NCBI GenBank assembly: GCA_035295105.1 | Contig: DATGJQ010000063.1 | Coordinates: 3,671 to 67,670 of the forward strand | Direction: 5' to 3' | From: Candidatus Acidiferrales bacterium | Lineage (GTDB): Bacteria; Acidobacteriota; Terriglobia; Acidiferrales; UBA7541 | DNA length: 64,000 bases | In this document: piece after piece, positions 17,726 through 26,558 of the stretch | Numbering within the stretch: position 1 is the first letter of the stretch | Layout of the letters: each line of letters opens with the position of its first letter | The notes under the pieces: model-generated | What the model was told of the DNA's origin: nothing | Databases searched by the model: none | The model's input: only the letters and a program-made list of their open reading frames with translations | Program-made: the position numbers and the translations under genes

Positions 17726-18607
17726 ATGAACCTTCCCGCATTTTTCGAAGAAGACCGCGCCGCAGTGGACGCCGCTCTGGACCGGCTGATGCCGGGCGAA
17801 AATGCCCAGCCGCCGTCGATTCACCGCGCCATGCGCTACAGCGTGCAGGCCGGAGGAAAACGCGTCCGGCCAATCCTGTGTCTCGAATCGGCGCGCATTT
17901 TTTCCGCGGACGTGACTCCCGTTCTTCCGGTGGCTTGCGCGCTGGAATTTATTCACACCTATTCGCTGATCCATGACGACTTGCCGGCGCTCGACAACGA
18001 TGATTTGCGCCGCGGCAAGCCCACCTGCCACAAGAAATTTGGCGAGGCCACCGCGATCCTGGCGGGCGACGCGCTGCTGACCCTGGCGTTTGAAACGCTG
18101 GCGAACGCTCCGATCGAGCCGGCGCGGCGCGTGGCCATTCTGTCTCACGTCAGTGCGTCGGCGGGAACGGTTGACGGTATGGTTGGCGGCCAGGTGGCAG
18201 ACCTTGAAGCGGAGGGCCGCGCGATTCAACCGGCGGAGCTCGAGTATATTCATCGCTCCAAAACCGCGGCGCTCATCCGCGCTTCTGTGGTCGCCGGAGC
18301 GATCGGCGGCGGCGCCGCGGACGCGGATGTCGAGCGGCTGAAACGCTTCGGCGAGACCATCGGCTGGGCTTTTCAGGTGGTCGACGACATTCTGGACGTG
18401 GAAGAATCCTCCACGGCACTGGGGAAGACGGCGGGCAAGGACGCCGCCCAGCAGAAGGCGACTTACCCGTCGCTCTACGGCCTGGAAAAATCGCGGCAAT
18501 TTGCGAAAGAGCTGGAGTCTCGCGCGATGGCGGAAATCGAGCCGTATGGCGCGCGCGCGTCTCGCCTGAAGGAATTAGCGGAGATGATCGTCCACCGCCG
18601 CGCGTAG
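17726..18607 (+). CDS. ispA: (2E,6E)-farnesyl/geranylgeranyl diphosphate synthase
   Basis: First Asp-rich motif LIHDDLPALDNDDLRRGKPTCH and second motif FQVVDDILD. 293 aa. Confidence 0.92.
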   Translation: MNLPAFFEEDRAAVDAALDRLMPGENAQPPSIHRAMRYSVQAGGKRVRPILCLESARIFSADVTPVLPVACALEFIHTYSLIHDDLPALDNDDLRRGKPTCHKKFGEATAILAGDALLTLAFETLANAPIEPARRVAILSHVSASAGTVDGMVGGQVADLEAEGRAIQPAELEYIHRSKTAALIRASVVAGAIGGGAADADVERLKRFGETIGWAFQVVDDILDVEESSTALGKTAGKDAAQQKATYPSLYGLEKSRQFAKELESRAMAEIEPYGARASRLKELAEMIVHRRA

Positions 18608-18618
18608 ATTGGTCTGTA

Positions 18619-18686
18619 TGTAGCGCCCGCCTTCAGGCGGGCACCTTTGCCTGAACTCAAAATGCCCGCCTGAAGGCGGGCGCTAC
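18619..18686. repeat. REPIN-like inverted doublet, family A
   Basis: GTAGCGCCCGCCTTCAGGCGGGCA, a ~20-nt spacer, then TGCCCGCCTGAAGGCGGGCGCTAC. Confidence 0.9.
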
Positions 18687-18696
18687 ACGTGCTGCC

Positions 18697-19455
18697 TTGC
18701 CATCCAAGCCAAAAACCGCGAAAAAGAGGCTCGACCTGCTGGTTGTCGAGCGCGGCCTCGCCGAATCGCGTGAAAAGGCGCAGGCCATGATCCTGGCGGG
18801 CGAAGTGCGCGTGAACGGCGAACGCAGCGACAAAGCCGGCGCACCGATCGGCGAGGACGCGCGGATCGAGGTCAGCGGCATTTCGGCAAAGTATGCGAGC
18901 CGCGGCGGCTTCAAACTGGAGGGCGCGCTGGAAGATTTTGCAATTGCCGTTGAGGGCACAGTCAGCCTCGATATCGGGGCGTCCACCGGCGGCTTTACCG
19001 ACTGCTTGCTGCAGCGCGGCGCGCGGCGCGTTTACGCGGTTGACGTGACTCCCGAGCAGATGGCCTGGCGCCTCTCGCAGGATCCTCGCGTCACGCAAAT
19101 CAAGGCCAACGCGCGGAATCTTCTCCCCGCGCAAATTCCCGACCCGGCCGATCTGGTGACCGTTGACGTTTCTTTTATCTCCGTGGCCAAGGTGCTGCCG
19201 GCGGTGGTTGCCGCCGCCGGTCCGAGGGCGGAATATTTGATACTGGTAAAGCCGCAGTTTGAGCTAGACCGCGGAGACGTCGGCCGCGGCGGCATTGTGC
19301 GCGAGGCTTCGCTGCACGAGCGGGCCATCGAACGCGTCCGCGAGGCCGTGGTGGCAGCGGGGCTCGGCGTGCAGGGTGTTCGCCCGAGCCGGCTGACCGG
19401 CGCGGAGGGCAATCAGGAATATTTCCTGTACGCCGCCAGAGTTTTGGAGCGATGA
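18697..19455 (+). CDS. tlyA: TlyA-family rRNA (cytidine-2'-O)-methyltransferase
   Basis: S4-like N-terminus (RLDLLVVERGLAESREKAQAMILAGEVRVNG) plus an FtsJ-type MTase (LDIGASTGGFTDCLLQRGARRVYAVDV). TTG start. Confidence 0.88.
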   Translation: MPSKPKTAKKRLDLLVVERGLAESREKAQAMILAGEVRVNGERSDKAGAPIGEDARIEVSGISAKYASRGGFKLEGALEDFAIAVEGTVSLDIGASTGGFTDCLLQRGARRVYAVDVTPEQMAWRLSQDPRVTQIKANARNLLPAQIPDPADLVTVDVSFISVAKVLPAVVAAAGPRAEYLILVKPQFELDRGDVGRGGIVREASLHERAIERVREAVVAAGLGVQGVRPSRLTGAEGNQEYFLYAARVLER

Positions 19456-19551
19456 AAACACGCGCAACACCGGCAAAATTCATGGAAATGGAATTGCTCC
19501 TCCGATGCTAAAGTAGACTTCGCCTTGGGAAGCGCTCCAACACCCGCGAAA

Positions 19552-20415
19552 ATGATCAAAAACGTCGGAATCATTTCTCGTCCGCGCCGCGAGGATATCG
19601 CGCGCGTGGTTCCCCCGCTGATCAACTGGCTACAGGCCCATGGGGCGCAGGTTACCTGCGACTCCGAAACCAACGACTGTCTGGGAATGTCCGCGGTGCA
19701 GGCGCGCAAACGCGAGGAACTTCCGACGTGCACGGACCTGCTGATCGTACTCGGCGGCGACGGAACGCTGCTTTCGGCGGCGCGCCTCGCCGCCCAGCGC
19801 CAGGTGCCGATCCTCGCGGTGAATCTGGGTGGGCTCGGATTCCTGACCACGGTCGCGCAGGATGAGATTTATTTAATTCTGGATGAGATTTTTGCCGGCA
19901 AACATCGCGTGAGCGAGCGGGTGATGCTGGACGCGGAAATCGTTCGCGGCGGCGCGGTGATCCGCCGGCAGATCGCGCTGAACGATGCGGTACTGAACAA
20001 GGCGGCCCTCGCGCGCATCATGGATCTGGAGCTGCGAGTCGACGGCGAGTACGTGACCACCTACAAGGCCGACGGGCTGATTCTTTCCACGCCCACCGGG
20101 TCCACGGCCTATTCTCTCGCAGCCGGCGGGCCGATCGTCTATCCGACCGTGGATGCCTTCGTGGTCACGCCGATCTGCCCGCACACGCTCACCAACCGGC
20201 CGATCGTGATTCCCGATTCCGTGACCATCGACATCGATTTCAAGGCCGAAGACGATTACGTCTACCTGACGCTCGACGGCCAAATTGGCATCGAACTTTC
20301 GCGCGGGGATCATGTTCGCGTGCGCAAGGCGGAGGAAAAACTGCTGCTGGTGCGCCCGGCGAAAAAAACCTATTACCAGATTTTACGAAGCAAGCTGAAG
20401 TGGGGAGAACGATAA
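19552..20415 (+). CDS. nadK: NAD(+) kinase
   Basis: LIVLGGDGTLLSAARL, then NDAVLNK and STPTGSTAYSLAAGGPIV. ATG 19552 is preferred over the track's TTG 19525. Confidence 0.93.
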   Translation: MIKNVGIISRPRREDIARVVPPLINWLQAHGAQVTCDSETNDCLGMSAVQARKREELPTCTDLLIVLGGDGTLLSAARLAAQRQVPILAVNLGGLGFLTTVAQDEIYLILDEIFAGKHRVSERVMLDAEIVRGGAVIRRQIALNDAVLNKAALARIMDLELRVDGEYVTTYKADGLILSTPTGSTAYSLAAGGPIVYPTVDAFVVTPICPHTLTNRPIVIPDSVTIDIDFKAEDDYVYLTLDGQIGIELSRGDHVRVRKAEEKLLLVRPAKKTYYQILRSKLKWGER

Positions 20416-20470
20416 ATTTCCGGCAGGGCTCCAGGCCCTCGCTCCCGCAGCCTCAGCAATTGCCAACCAA

Positions 20471-21100
20471 ATGCCTACCACGCTTTACCGTCCAATCGGA
20501 CTTCAGGAACTGGCGCTGCTCTGGGATTCCGGAATGCGCGAATTTCCGCCGCGCCTGATCCAGCAGCCGATTTTTTATCCGGTGGTGAACCTGGAATACG
20601 CGCGGCAGATTGCGCGTGATTGGAATACGCCGGACGCCAATTCCGGATTCGCGGGATTCGTCACGCGGTTCGACGTGTCATCGACCTACCTGACCAAGTA
20701 CGAACTCCACACCGCCGGCTCCTCCACCCACCGCGAGTACTGGATTCCGGCGCGGGAAATGACCGCGTTCAACAAGGCGATCAACAGAATGATTTCCGTC
20801 GAGGAAGCGTACTTCGGGCGGGAATTTTCAGGATACGTTCCGGACGACGGCAACCTGAAGGGGCAGAATGCCGTGGCGCAATACGCGGCGCTCTCAAACC
20901 TGGTGGATTTTGCAGCTTTCAGCGCTGAAGTGTCGGCCAGCCGCAAGGCCGTTTTTTTGAATTGCCGCTACTGGTTTGACGCTGATCTTGTCATCCTTGG
21001 AGGCACGGGCGAGCTGCGCTATTTGTTTTTTACCAAGCTGGCCAAGGCTTGGAAGGCCAATAAGATTAAAGTGCCGCTGCCGATTGCGGGGCAGTCGTAG
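20471..21100 (+). CDS. conserved-looking hypothetical protein (no assignable function)
   Basis: 209-aa ORF 55 nt after nadK. I could not place the N-terminal block LYRPIGLQELALLWDSGMREFPPRL..QPIFYPVVNLEYARQIARDWNT in a named family. This is where the AT-richer islet begins. Confidence 0.55.
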   Translation: MPTTLYRPIGLQELALLWDSGMREFPPRLIQQPIFYPVVNLEYARQIARDWNTPDANSGFAGFVTRFDVSSTYLTKYELHTAGSSTHREYWIPAREMTAFNKAINRMISVEEAYFGREFSGYVPDDGNLKGQNAVAQYAALSNLVDFAAFSAEVSASRKAVFLNCRYWFDADLVILGGTGELRYLFFTKLAKAWKANKIKVPLPIAGQS

Positions 21101-21196
21101 CGGCCTGCCTGTGACGGTGGTGGGCCGGGTACGCTGAAATTCAAAAATCGTCTGAAAGGCTAAGCCAACCGCGAAGGACTTGTTTCCAGTCAATAT

Positions 21197-21484
21197 CTAG
21201 CGGCGCCATTGCAAGAGATTCAGGCCGAAGAACATCCATGAGAACGTGAGTACCCAAATCGCTACGTACAAGAACCGCAGTGGACTATTCGGGAAAAATT
21301 GGCGGTGTATCCGCCACGCTCTAGACATCTCCCCACTTGCAAGTCCGGTTCTGGACCACATTGTGTGCCGAATTTTCCCATCGCTTGGCAGCCGTTCGTC
21401 GGCCTGAGACAAAATGCGGTCTCTAACAATTTTGATGCCGATTCCGCAGGCACCAAAAACAAAAACATAGATTGCGAGAATCAA
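21197..21484 (-). CDS. small hypothetical membrane protein
   Basis: Two hydrophobic helices (ILAIYVFVFGACGIGIKIV and LYVAIWVLTFSWMFFGLNLL). TTG start with a weak SD, in an AT-rich context. An antisense ORF, 21299..21553, is the alternative. Confidence 0.35.
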   Translation of the reverse strand: MILAIYVFVFGACGIGIKIVRDRILSQADERLPSDGKIRHTMWSRTGLASGEMSRAWRIHRQFFPNSPLRFLYVAIWVLTFSWMFFGLNLLQWRR

Positions 21485-21520
21485 GGGCGAGTTTCCAATC
21501 TGATTCCGCGAGATTCAACG

Positions 21521-21861
21521 GGCCGGGTGGCCCGTCCTTTATACTCCGCCTGACTGTCAGCAAAGCACGGAATTACGTACTCCTCCACCGCCTCATCACG
21601 GGGTTATGGTTTTGCACTTAGGGTGCCCCGTCCTTGACGCTCTTCAAGGGCGCGGGTTTTGGTTTCGACTTGCTATGCCTAAAGGATCGCCTCAGGGACT
21701 GGTCCTCGAGCAGTTTCTCATTTCATGCGAAGAAAGAACTGGGCTTGATTCGCATCGATTCCATGCGCTGCGGTTAAGCCGAAGAGCAACACAAAAACCC
21801 CGCCCTTCAAACGTCGAAGGACGGGGCACCCCAATTTCAACTTCAAAAGCCGGGCCACCCG
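21521..21861. repeat. MITE-like element with nested inverted repeats
   Basis: The outer pair is GGCCGGGTGGCCCG (21521-21534) and CGGGCCACCCGCC (21851-21863). The inner pair is GGTGCCCCGTCCTTGACGCTCTTCAAGGGCGCGGGTTTT (21622-21660) and AAAAACCCCGCCCTTCAAACGTCGAAGGACGGGGCACC (21793-21830). Confidence 0.6.
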
Positions 21862-21933
21862 CCCCTAGTCAAAACCCCAACCCTCTAAAAACGAGGGGGT
21901 CGGGCACCATGAAATTCAAAACCGTCTGGAAGG

Positions 21934-22188
21934 CTATGCCACCCGCCGTCGCGCTAAACGCATGCAAAAGATTACGCCAACAATTAATCCAACGATGGCC
22001 CCTAGACCCACTGCGAGAAACATCATTCCCATGGCAAGCATCGCTGGGGCATCCGCAGGATCGTTTGGTCCGTACTTGTGATACGTCAACATTAAGTACC
22101 AACCCACGCAAAAACCAACAAAGACTCCCACCCCTGCCCCAACCAGAATACTTGTCAAAAGAATTCGAATATAAGGAAAAATCTTCAT
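21934..22188 (-). CDS. small hypothetical membrane protein
   Basis: MKIFPYIRILLTSILVGAGVGVFVGFCVGWYLML...LAMGMMFLAVGLGAIVGLIVGVIFCM gives two Gly-rich TM helices. ATG 22188; the track starts at TTG 22194. Confidence 0.45.
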   Translation of the reverse strand: MKIFPYIRILLTSILVGAGVGVFVGFCVGWYLMLTYHKYGPNDPADAPAMLAMGMMFLAVGLGAIVGLIVGVIFCMRLARRRVA

Positions 22189-22309
22189 TTCCAAATTGTT
22201 CCGAATCGTACTCTAAAATGCACCCCTCATGATAGGTGCGGTGAGGTCGTTTTATCGGTATGCGGGATTTCGTGCGAGAGAGCAAAGGCTAGGGCAAAGA
22301 GTCGCTGTC

Positions 22310-23623
22310 CTACTCCCCGCGCACCATATCCGCGCGGCTCTCGCGATTCCGGATCACTCGCGCACGTTTACCTTCGACGAGGATTTCCGCGGCTCGCGGC
22401 CGCGAATTGTAGTTCGAGGATTGCGCGGTTCCGTAGGCTCCGGCGCCCCACAGGACCAGCACATCGTCCGGCACGACATTCCCGAGCGGCCAATCCTGCA
22501 GGAAACGGTCCCCCGACTCGCAGACCGGGCCGACGATATCGGCGCGCGTTCGCGTTCCGGAGGCGCGCTGGGCGCGAGTGATCGGGTGCGTCGCATCGTA
22601 GAGCGCGGGCCGCATGAAATCATTCATCGCAGCGTCCACGATTACGAAATTTTTCCCGCGATTGTGCTTGGTGTAGAGAACGCGCATCAGGAGAACGCCG
22701 GCGGGGCCGACGAGCGAGCGCCCCGGTTCGATCAGCACGTGGCAGCCGAGCGGACGAAGGACCTTCACGAGTCCCGCCACCCAGGCGGCTTTGTCCGGAG
22801 GCTGCTCCGAGGTGTAGCGAATTCCCAGGCCGCCGCCGCAATCGACGTACTTCAGCGCGATGCCCGAGCGAGCCAGTTCGCGCACAAAGCCGGCGACGCG
22901 CGTGAGCGCGCGGCGGTGCGGGGCGAGCGAAACGATTTGCGAGCCGATATGCGCGCTGATTCCCTGCCAGTCAATCCAGCGCGAATCGCGATGCTGGATG
23001 TACAGCCCGCGCGCGGTTTCCCAGTCGATCCCGAATTTGTGCCGGTGATGCCCGGTGGAAATGTGCGGGTGTCCGCCGGCAATCACGTCCGGATTCACGC
23101 GGATGGACGCGGCCGCGCGCACGCGCAGGCGCGAAGCCTCCGAAGCCAGCAGATCGAGCTCCGCGGCGGACTCCACGTTGAACAGTAGAATTCGCGCGCG
23201 CAGCCCTTCGCGGATTTCCTCGCGCGATTTTCCGACGCCGGAAAAAACGATGCGGTTTCCCTTCACGCCGATCCGCTGCAGGCGGTAAAGCTCTCCCCCG
23301 GAAACAATATCGAAGCCGCTGCCGAGGCCGGCGAAGATGCGCAGAATCCCCAGATTGGAATTGGCTTTGATCGCGTAGCAAATCGTGTGCGGCAGATTGC
23401 CAAACGCGGAATCCATGCGGCGATAGGCTTGCTCGATGCTGGCGCGGCTGTACAGGTAGGCCGGCGTTCCGAACCGGCGGGCGGCGCCGGCCACGGAAAC
23501 GCCTTCGCAAAATAATTGCGAGCCGCGGTAGGAAAAGCCGGGCGTGTAGCTCGCGGGATCGGCAAGCTGGTTGGCCCGCGGGGCGGGCCGCGACGCGCGC
23601 GGATGGGAAGTGGCGGCGCTCAA
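22310..23623 (-). CDS. lysA: diaminopimelate decarboxylase
   Basis: FGTPAYLYSRASIEQAYRRMDSAF..ICYAIKANSNLGILR..GSGFDIVSGGEL, then CESGD. The probable TTG start at 23623 overlaps the upstream stop (TTGA). The longer 577-aa track ORF runs out of frame through the upstream gene. Confidence 0.9.
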   Translation of the reverse strand: MSAATSHPRASRPAPRANQLADPASYTPGFSYRGSQLFCEGVSVAGAARRFGTPAYLYSRASIEQAYRRMDSAFGNLPHTICYAIKANSNLGILRIFAGLGSGFDIVSGGELYRLQRIGVKGNRIVFSGVGKSREEIREGLRARILLFNVESAAELDLLASEASRLRVRAAASIRVNPDVIAGGHPHISTGHHRHKFGIDWETARGLYIQHRDSRWIDWQGISAHIGSQIVSLAPHRRALTRVAGFVRELARSGIALKYVDCGGGLGIRYTSEQPPDKAAWVAGLVKVLRPLGCHVLIEPGRSLVGPAGVLLMRVLYTKHNRGKNFVIVDAAMNDFMRPALYDATHPITRAQRASGTRTRADIVGPVCESGDRFLQDWPLGNVVPDDVLVLWGAGAYGTAQSSNYNSRPRAAEILVEGKRARVIRNRESRADMVRGE

Positions 23624-25371
23624 TTGACTTTCATCACCACCAGCGTGCGGTCGTCGGTGATGGCGCCCCCTTGCGTGAATTCCTCGACCGCTTCGAGCAA
23701 CCGGTCGGCAAGCTCGCTGGAGTTCAAGTGCGAATTGGCCGCGAGCAGGTCGGCAATGCGGTTGGTGCCGAAGAATTTTCCTTCGCGGTTGGCCGCTTCG
23801 GTCAAACCATCGGAGAAAAACAGCAGGATGTCGCCGGGCTTCAGGCGCACGCTCCATTCCTCGTAGGTCGCGTCGTCGAAAATGCCGATGGGAAATCCGG
23901 AGAGCTTGACTGTTTCGACGTGGCCGTCCTTCCAGAGCAGCGGCTGTGTCTGGCCGGCGTTCGCGACGCGAAGCATGTGGCGGCCTTTTTGCCAGGTGGC
24001 GAAACAAATAGTCATGTAGCGGCCGTCCACGCGGCGGTCGCACACCAGTTGATTGAGCTGGCGAAGAAGTTCCGCAGGCTGCAGCTTGTGCGGAGAAAGG
24101 CTGCGCAGGATGCCGGTGGCCACGGCGCCGTACAAAGCGGCCGCGCTTCCCTTCCCGCTGACGTCACCCAGGGCGATACCCAATTGCTGCGAGCCGTAGG
24201 TCAGAAAATCATACAAATCGCCGCAGACCTCGCGCGCGGAATGAATTCGCGCCGTGATGTCCAGGCCGTAATCGGCGCTGGGCACTGGCCGCAAGAGCGC
24301 GGTCTGCAAACGCTGCGCGGCAGTCAGTTCGCGCTCCATGCGCGCTTCGTCCTTGGATAATTTTTCGTACAGCCGCGCATTTTCCAGGGAAACCGCGAGG
24401 TGTGCCGCCAGAATCATCAGCGTCTGTTCGTGGTCCTCGGTAAAATAATTGACCTGCGGGCTTTCCAGATCGAGAACCCCGACGACGCGGCCCTGGTGAA
24501 TCATGGGAATCGCCAGTTCGGACCGCGTTTCAGGATTGACCGCGATGTATCGCGCATCGAGCGTCACGTCCGGCACGCGCACCGGAAGTTCGGTGGCGAT
24601 GGCCGCCCCCACGATGCCTTCATTCGCGCTGACGCGCAGTTTTCCCTGGGCGCTCTGGCCGTATTTCACGTCCAGGCGGTGGCGGTAAACATTCGCTCCC
24701 TCGTCGTACAGCAGGATTCCGAGGATCTGATAATTAATCACGCGCTTGACAAGTTCCGCGGCGCGGCGCAGCAGTTCCTCCACTGCCAGAATCGAATTGG
24801 CCTCGCGGCCCACTTCGTTCAGAACCAGTAGCGTGTCCGCCTGGCTGCGCACGCGCTCAAAGAGCCGCGCGTTTTCGATGGCGATGGCCAGACGGCTGGC
24901 CATCAGGGTCAAAACGCTTTGCTGGTCGCGCGTGAAGTAATCGACCTGCGTGCTCTGAATATCGAGGACGCCGATGGCTTGCCCCTTGACCATGAGCGGG
25001 ACCACCATCTCCGAGCGCACCGAATCGATGATGTTGATGTAGCGCGGATCTTCGCGCACGTCCGGCACGCGCACGGCGCGGCCCGTCGCCGCCGCCGTTC
25101 CGGTGATTCCGTTGCCGATCGGGATGACCCAGTCCTTGCCGGCTTCGTCGCCGTAGCCGATGGTGAAGCGGTGGTAGAGGCGGTGCATCGATTCATCCAC
25201 CAGCAAAACGCTGAAGATCTCGAAGTCCACCAGGCGCTTCACGAGCGCCGCGGTTTTCCGCAGCACTTCGTCGAGATCCAGCGAGGAATTGATTTCCTCA
25301 CCGATTTCGACCAGCGTCGCGAGAACTTCCGCGGGGACATTCAGCGGCGATGGAGTTTGCACCGGGTCCAT
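23620..25371 (-). CDS. GAF-GAF-PP2C (SpoIIE/RsbU-type) serine phosphatase
   Basis: Two GAF-like modules (GITGTAAATGRAVRVPDV..DPRY and GIVGAAIATELPVRVPDV..DARY). C-terminal PP2C (EVCGDLYDF...GDVSGKGSAAALYGA...FFSDGLTEA...DDRTLVVMKV). Confidence 0.88.
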   Translation of the reverse strand: MDPVQTPSPLNVPAEVLATLVEIGEEINSSLDLDEVLRKTAALVKRLVDFEIFSVLLVDESMHRLYHRFTIGYGDEAGKDWVIPIGNGITGTAAATGRAVRVPDVREDPRYINIIDSVRSEMVVPLMVKGQAIGVLDIQSTQVDYFTRDQQSVLTLMASRLAIAIENARLFERVRSQADTLLVLNEVGREANSILAVEELLRRAAELVKRVINYQILGILLYDEGANVYRHRLDVKYGQSAQGKLRVSANEGIVGAAIATELPVRVPDVTLDARYIAVNPETRSELAIPMIHQGRVVGVLDLESPQVNYFTEDHEQTLMILAAHLAVSLENARLYEKLSKDEARMERELTAAQRLQTALLRPVPSADYGLDITARIHSAREVCGDLYDFLTYGSQQLGIALGDVSGKGSAAALYGAVATGILRSLSPHKLQPAELLRQLNQLVCDRRVDGRYMTICFATWQKGRHMLRVANAGQTQPLLWKDGHVETVKLSGFPIGIFDDATYEEWSVRLKPGDILLFFSDGLTEAANREGKFFGTNRIADLLAANSHLNSSELADRLLEAVEEFTQGGAITDDRTLVVMKVN

Positions 25372-25511
25372 AAATTAATTTTGGATGCGCCGAGCGAACG
25401 GCACGATCAGGAACGCAACGCGATTCCCCAAGAGCCAATTAGTATAGCAGGTGAGGATTATGCTCCTGTGAAAAATAGGTGAATTGGGCGGAGAAGTAGC
25501 GGGCATTTCGT

Positions 25512-25577
25512 GTAGCGCCCGCCGTCAGGCGAGCATCCTGGGCGTGGCCGTGATGCCCGCCTGAAGGCGGGCGCTAC
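25512..25577. repeat. REPIN-like inverted doublet, family A (left arm degenerate)
   Basis: GTAGCGCCCGCCGTCAGGCGAGCA ... TGCCCGCCTGAAGGCGGGCGCTAC. It ends 5 nt before the deoC stop. Confidence 0.85.
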
Positions 25578-25581
25578 AAAT

Positions 25582-26505
25582 CTAATATGTCGACGCTTGG
25601 CGGGCGGAAGTTGGCGATTGAGCGCTCGCCGAACCGGCAGCCTGTTCCATGATTTTCACGCTGGCGCTGGCGCCGATCCGGGTTGCACCGGCGCAGACCA
25701 TTTTTTTCAAATCGTCCAGCGTGCGCACACCGCCCGAGGCTTTTACGCCGATGTCGGTGCCAACTACCGCTCGCATCAATGCCACGTCTTCGGCGGTGGC
25801 GCCGCCGGTGCTGAAGCCGGTGGAAGTCTTGACGAAATCCGCGCCGGCCCTTTTGCTGGCCAGCGACGCGCGCACTTTTTCCTCCACCGTGAGCAGCGAA
25901 GTTTCAAAGATTACCTTGCAGATCGCCCCGCCCCGGTGCGCCACTTCGACGACACCGCGGATGTCCGACTCCACTACATCGTCCAGCCCGGATTTCAGCG
26001 CGCCGATGTTCAGAACCATGTCCACTTCCTGCGCGCCCAGCTTGATGGCCTCTTCGGCTTCGTACATTTTTACCCGCGGAAGCGTGGCGCCCAGCGGAAA
26101 TCCGATTACCGTGCAGACTTTCACTTTGGAGCCGCGCACGAGTTCCGCGGCCAGCGGCACGTTCCAAGGATTGATGCAGACAGACGCGAACCCAAAACGC
26201 ACCGCTTCCTGGCACAGTTTGCGAATTTCATCGCGCGAGGCGTCCGGCTTGAGGAGGGTGTGGTCGATCAGTCCGGCGAAACCGGCTTCCAGCGTAACGA
26301 CCGACGGTCCGCAGGAAATGCGGTCAGCGCCGGCCTCGACCACGGCGCGCGTTTTTCTGGCGCACTTCTCGGCGCAGTTCAAGTCGCAGTCCGGGCAGAT
26401 TTCGTCGTCGCCTAGGACGCCACCCGGCACCGCGGGGCCGCCGAGATAACGCACTACTTCCTCGGTGACAATGCGAACGACCTGCTCGAGTTCGGTGGAA
26501 TCCAC
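25582..26505 (-). CDS. deoC: deoxyribose-phosphate aldolase with ~80-aa N-terminal extension
   Basis: Core motifs [42 protein letters not shown] and the Schiff-base region [13 protein letters not shown] start at 26505. There is no ATG or GTG in frame near the canonical N-terminus, so the extension ([29 protein letters not shown]...[12 protein letters not shown]) looks real. Confidence 0.85.
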   Translation of the reverse strand: MDSTELEQVVRIVTEEVVRYLGGPAVPGGVLGDDEICPDCDLNCAEKCARKTRAVVEAGADRISCGPSVVTLEAGFAGLIDHTLLKPDASRDEIRKLCQEAVRFGFASVCINPWNVPLAAELVRGSKVKVCTVIGFPLGATLPRVKMYEAEEAIKLGAQEVDMVLNIGALKSGLDDVVESDIRGVVEVAHRGGAICKVIFETSLLTVEEKVRASLASKRAGADFVKTSTGFSTGGATAEDVALMRAVVGTDIGVKASGGVRTLDDLKKMVCAGATRIGASASVKIMEQAAGSASAQSPTSARQASTY

Positions 26506-26558
26506 TCTTGCCGCCCTGTTTCCGTTTCACTATTTCCAAGCGCGCGAAAACACTTGGA

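Noticed and set aside
18608-18696. Absence of dxs between ispA and tlyA, where it lies in the Firmicute-type xseB-ispA-dxs-tlyA arrangement; here a family A doublet occupies the gap.
   Set aside because: Gene order differs widely between phyla. There is no remnant of dxs in the 89-nt gap, so there is no evidence of a deletion event.
21606-22232. 208-aa plus-strand ORF across the AT-rich islet.
   Set aside because: It is largely a read-through of the nested inverted-repeat element and overlaps the more plausible small membrane gene on the other strand. It has no motifs and a low-complexity, repeat-derived sequence.
23624-24043. N-terminal 140 aa of the 577-aa track ORF (22310..24043), which would extend lysA.
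   Set aside because: This part overlaps the 3' end of the GAF-PP2C gene in another frame and shows no LysA similarity. LysA homology starts just after TTG 23623, which overlaps the upstream stop.
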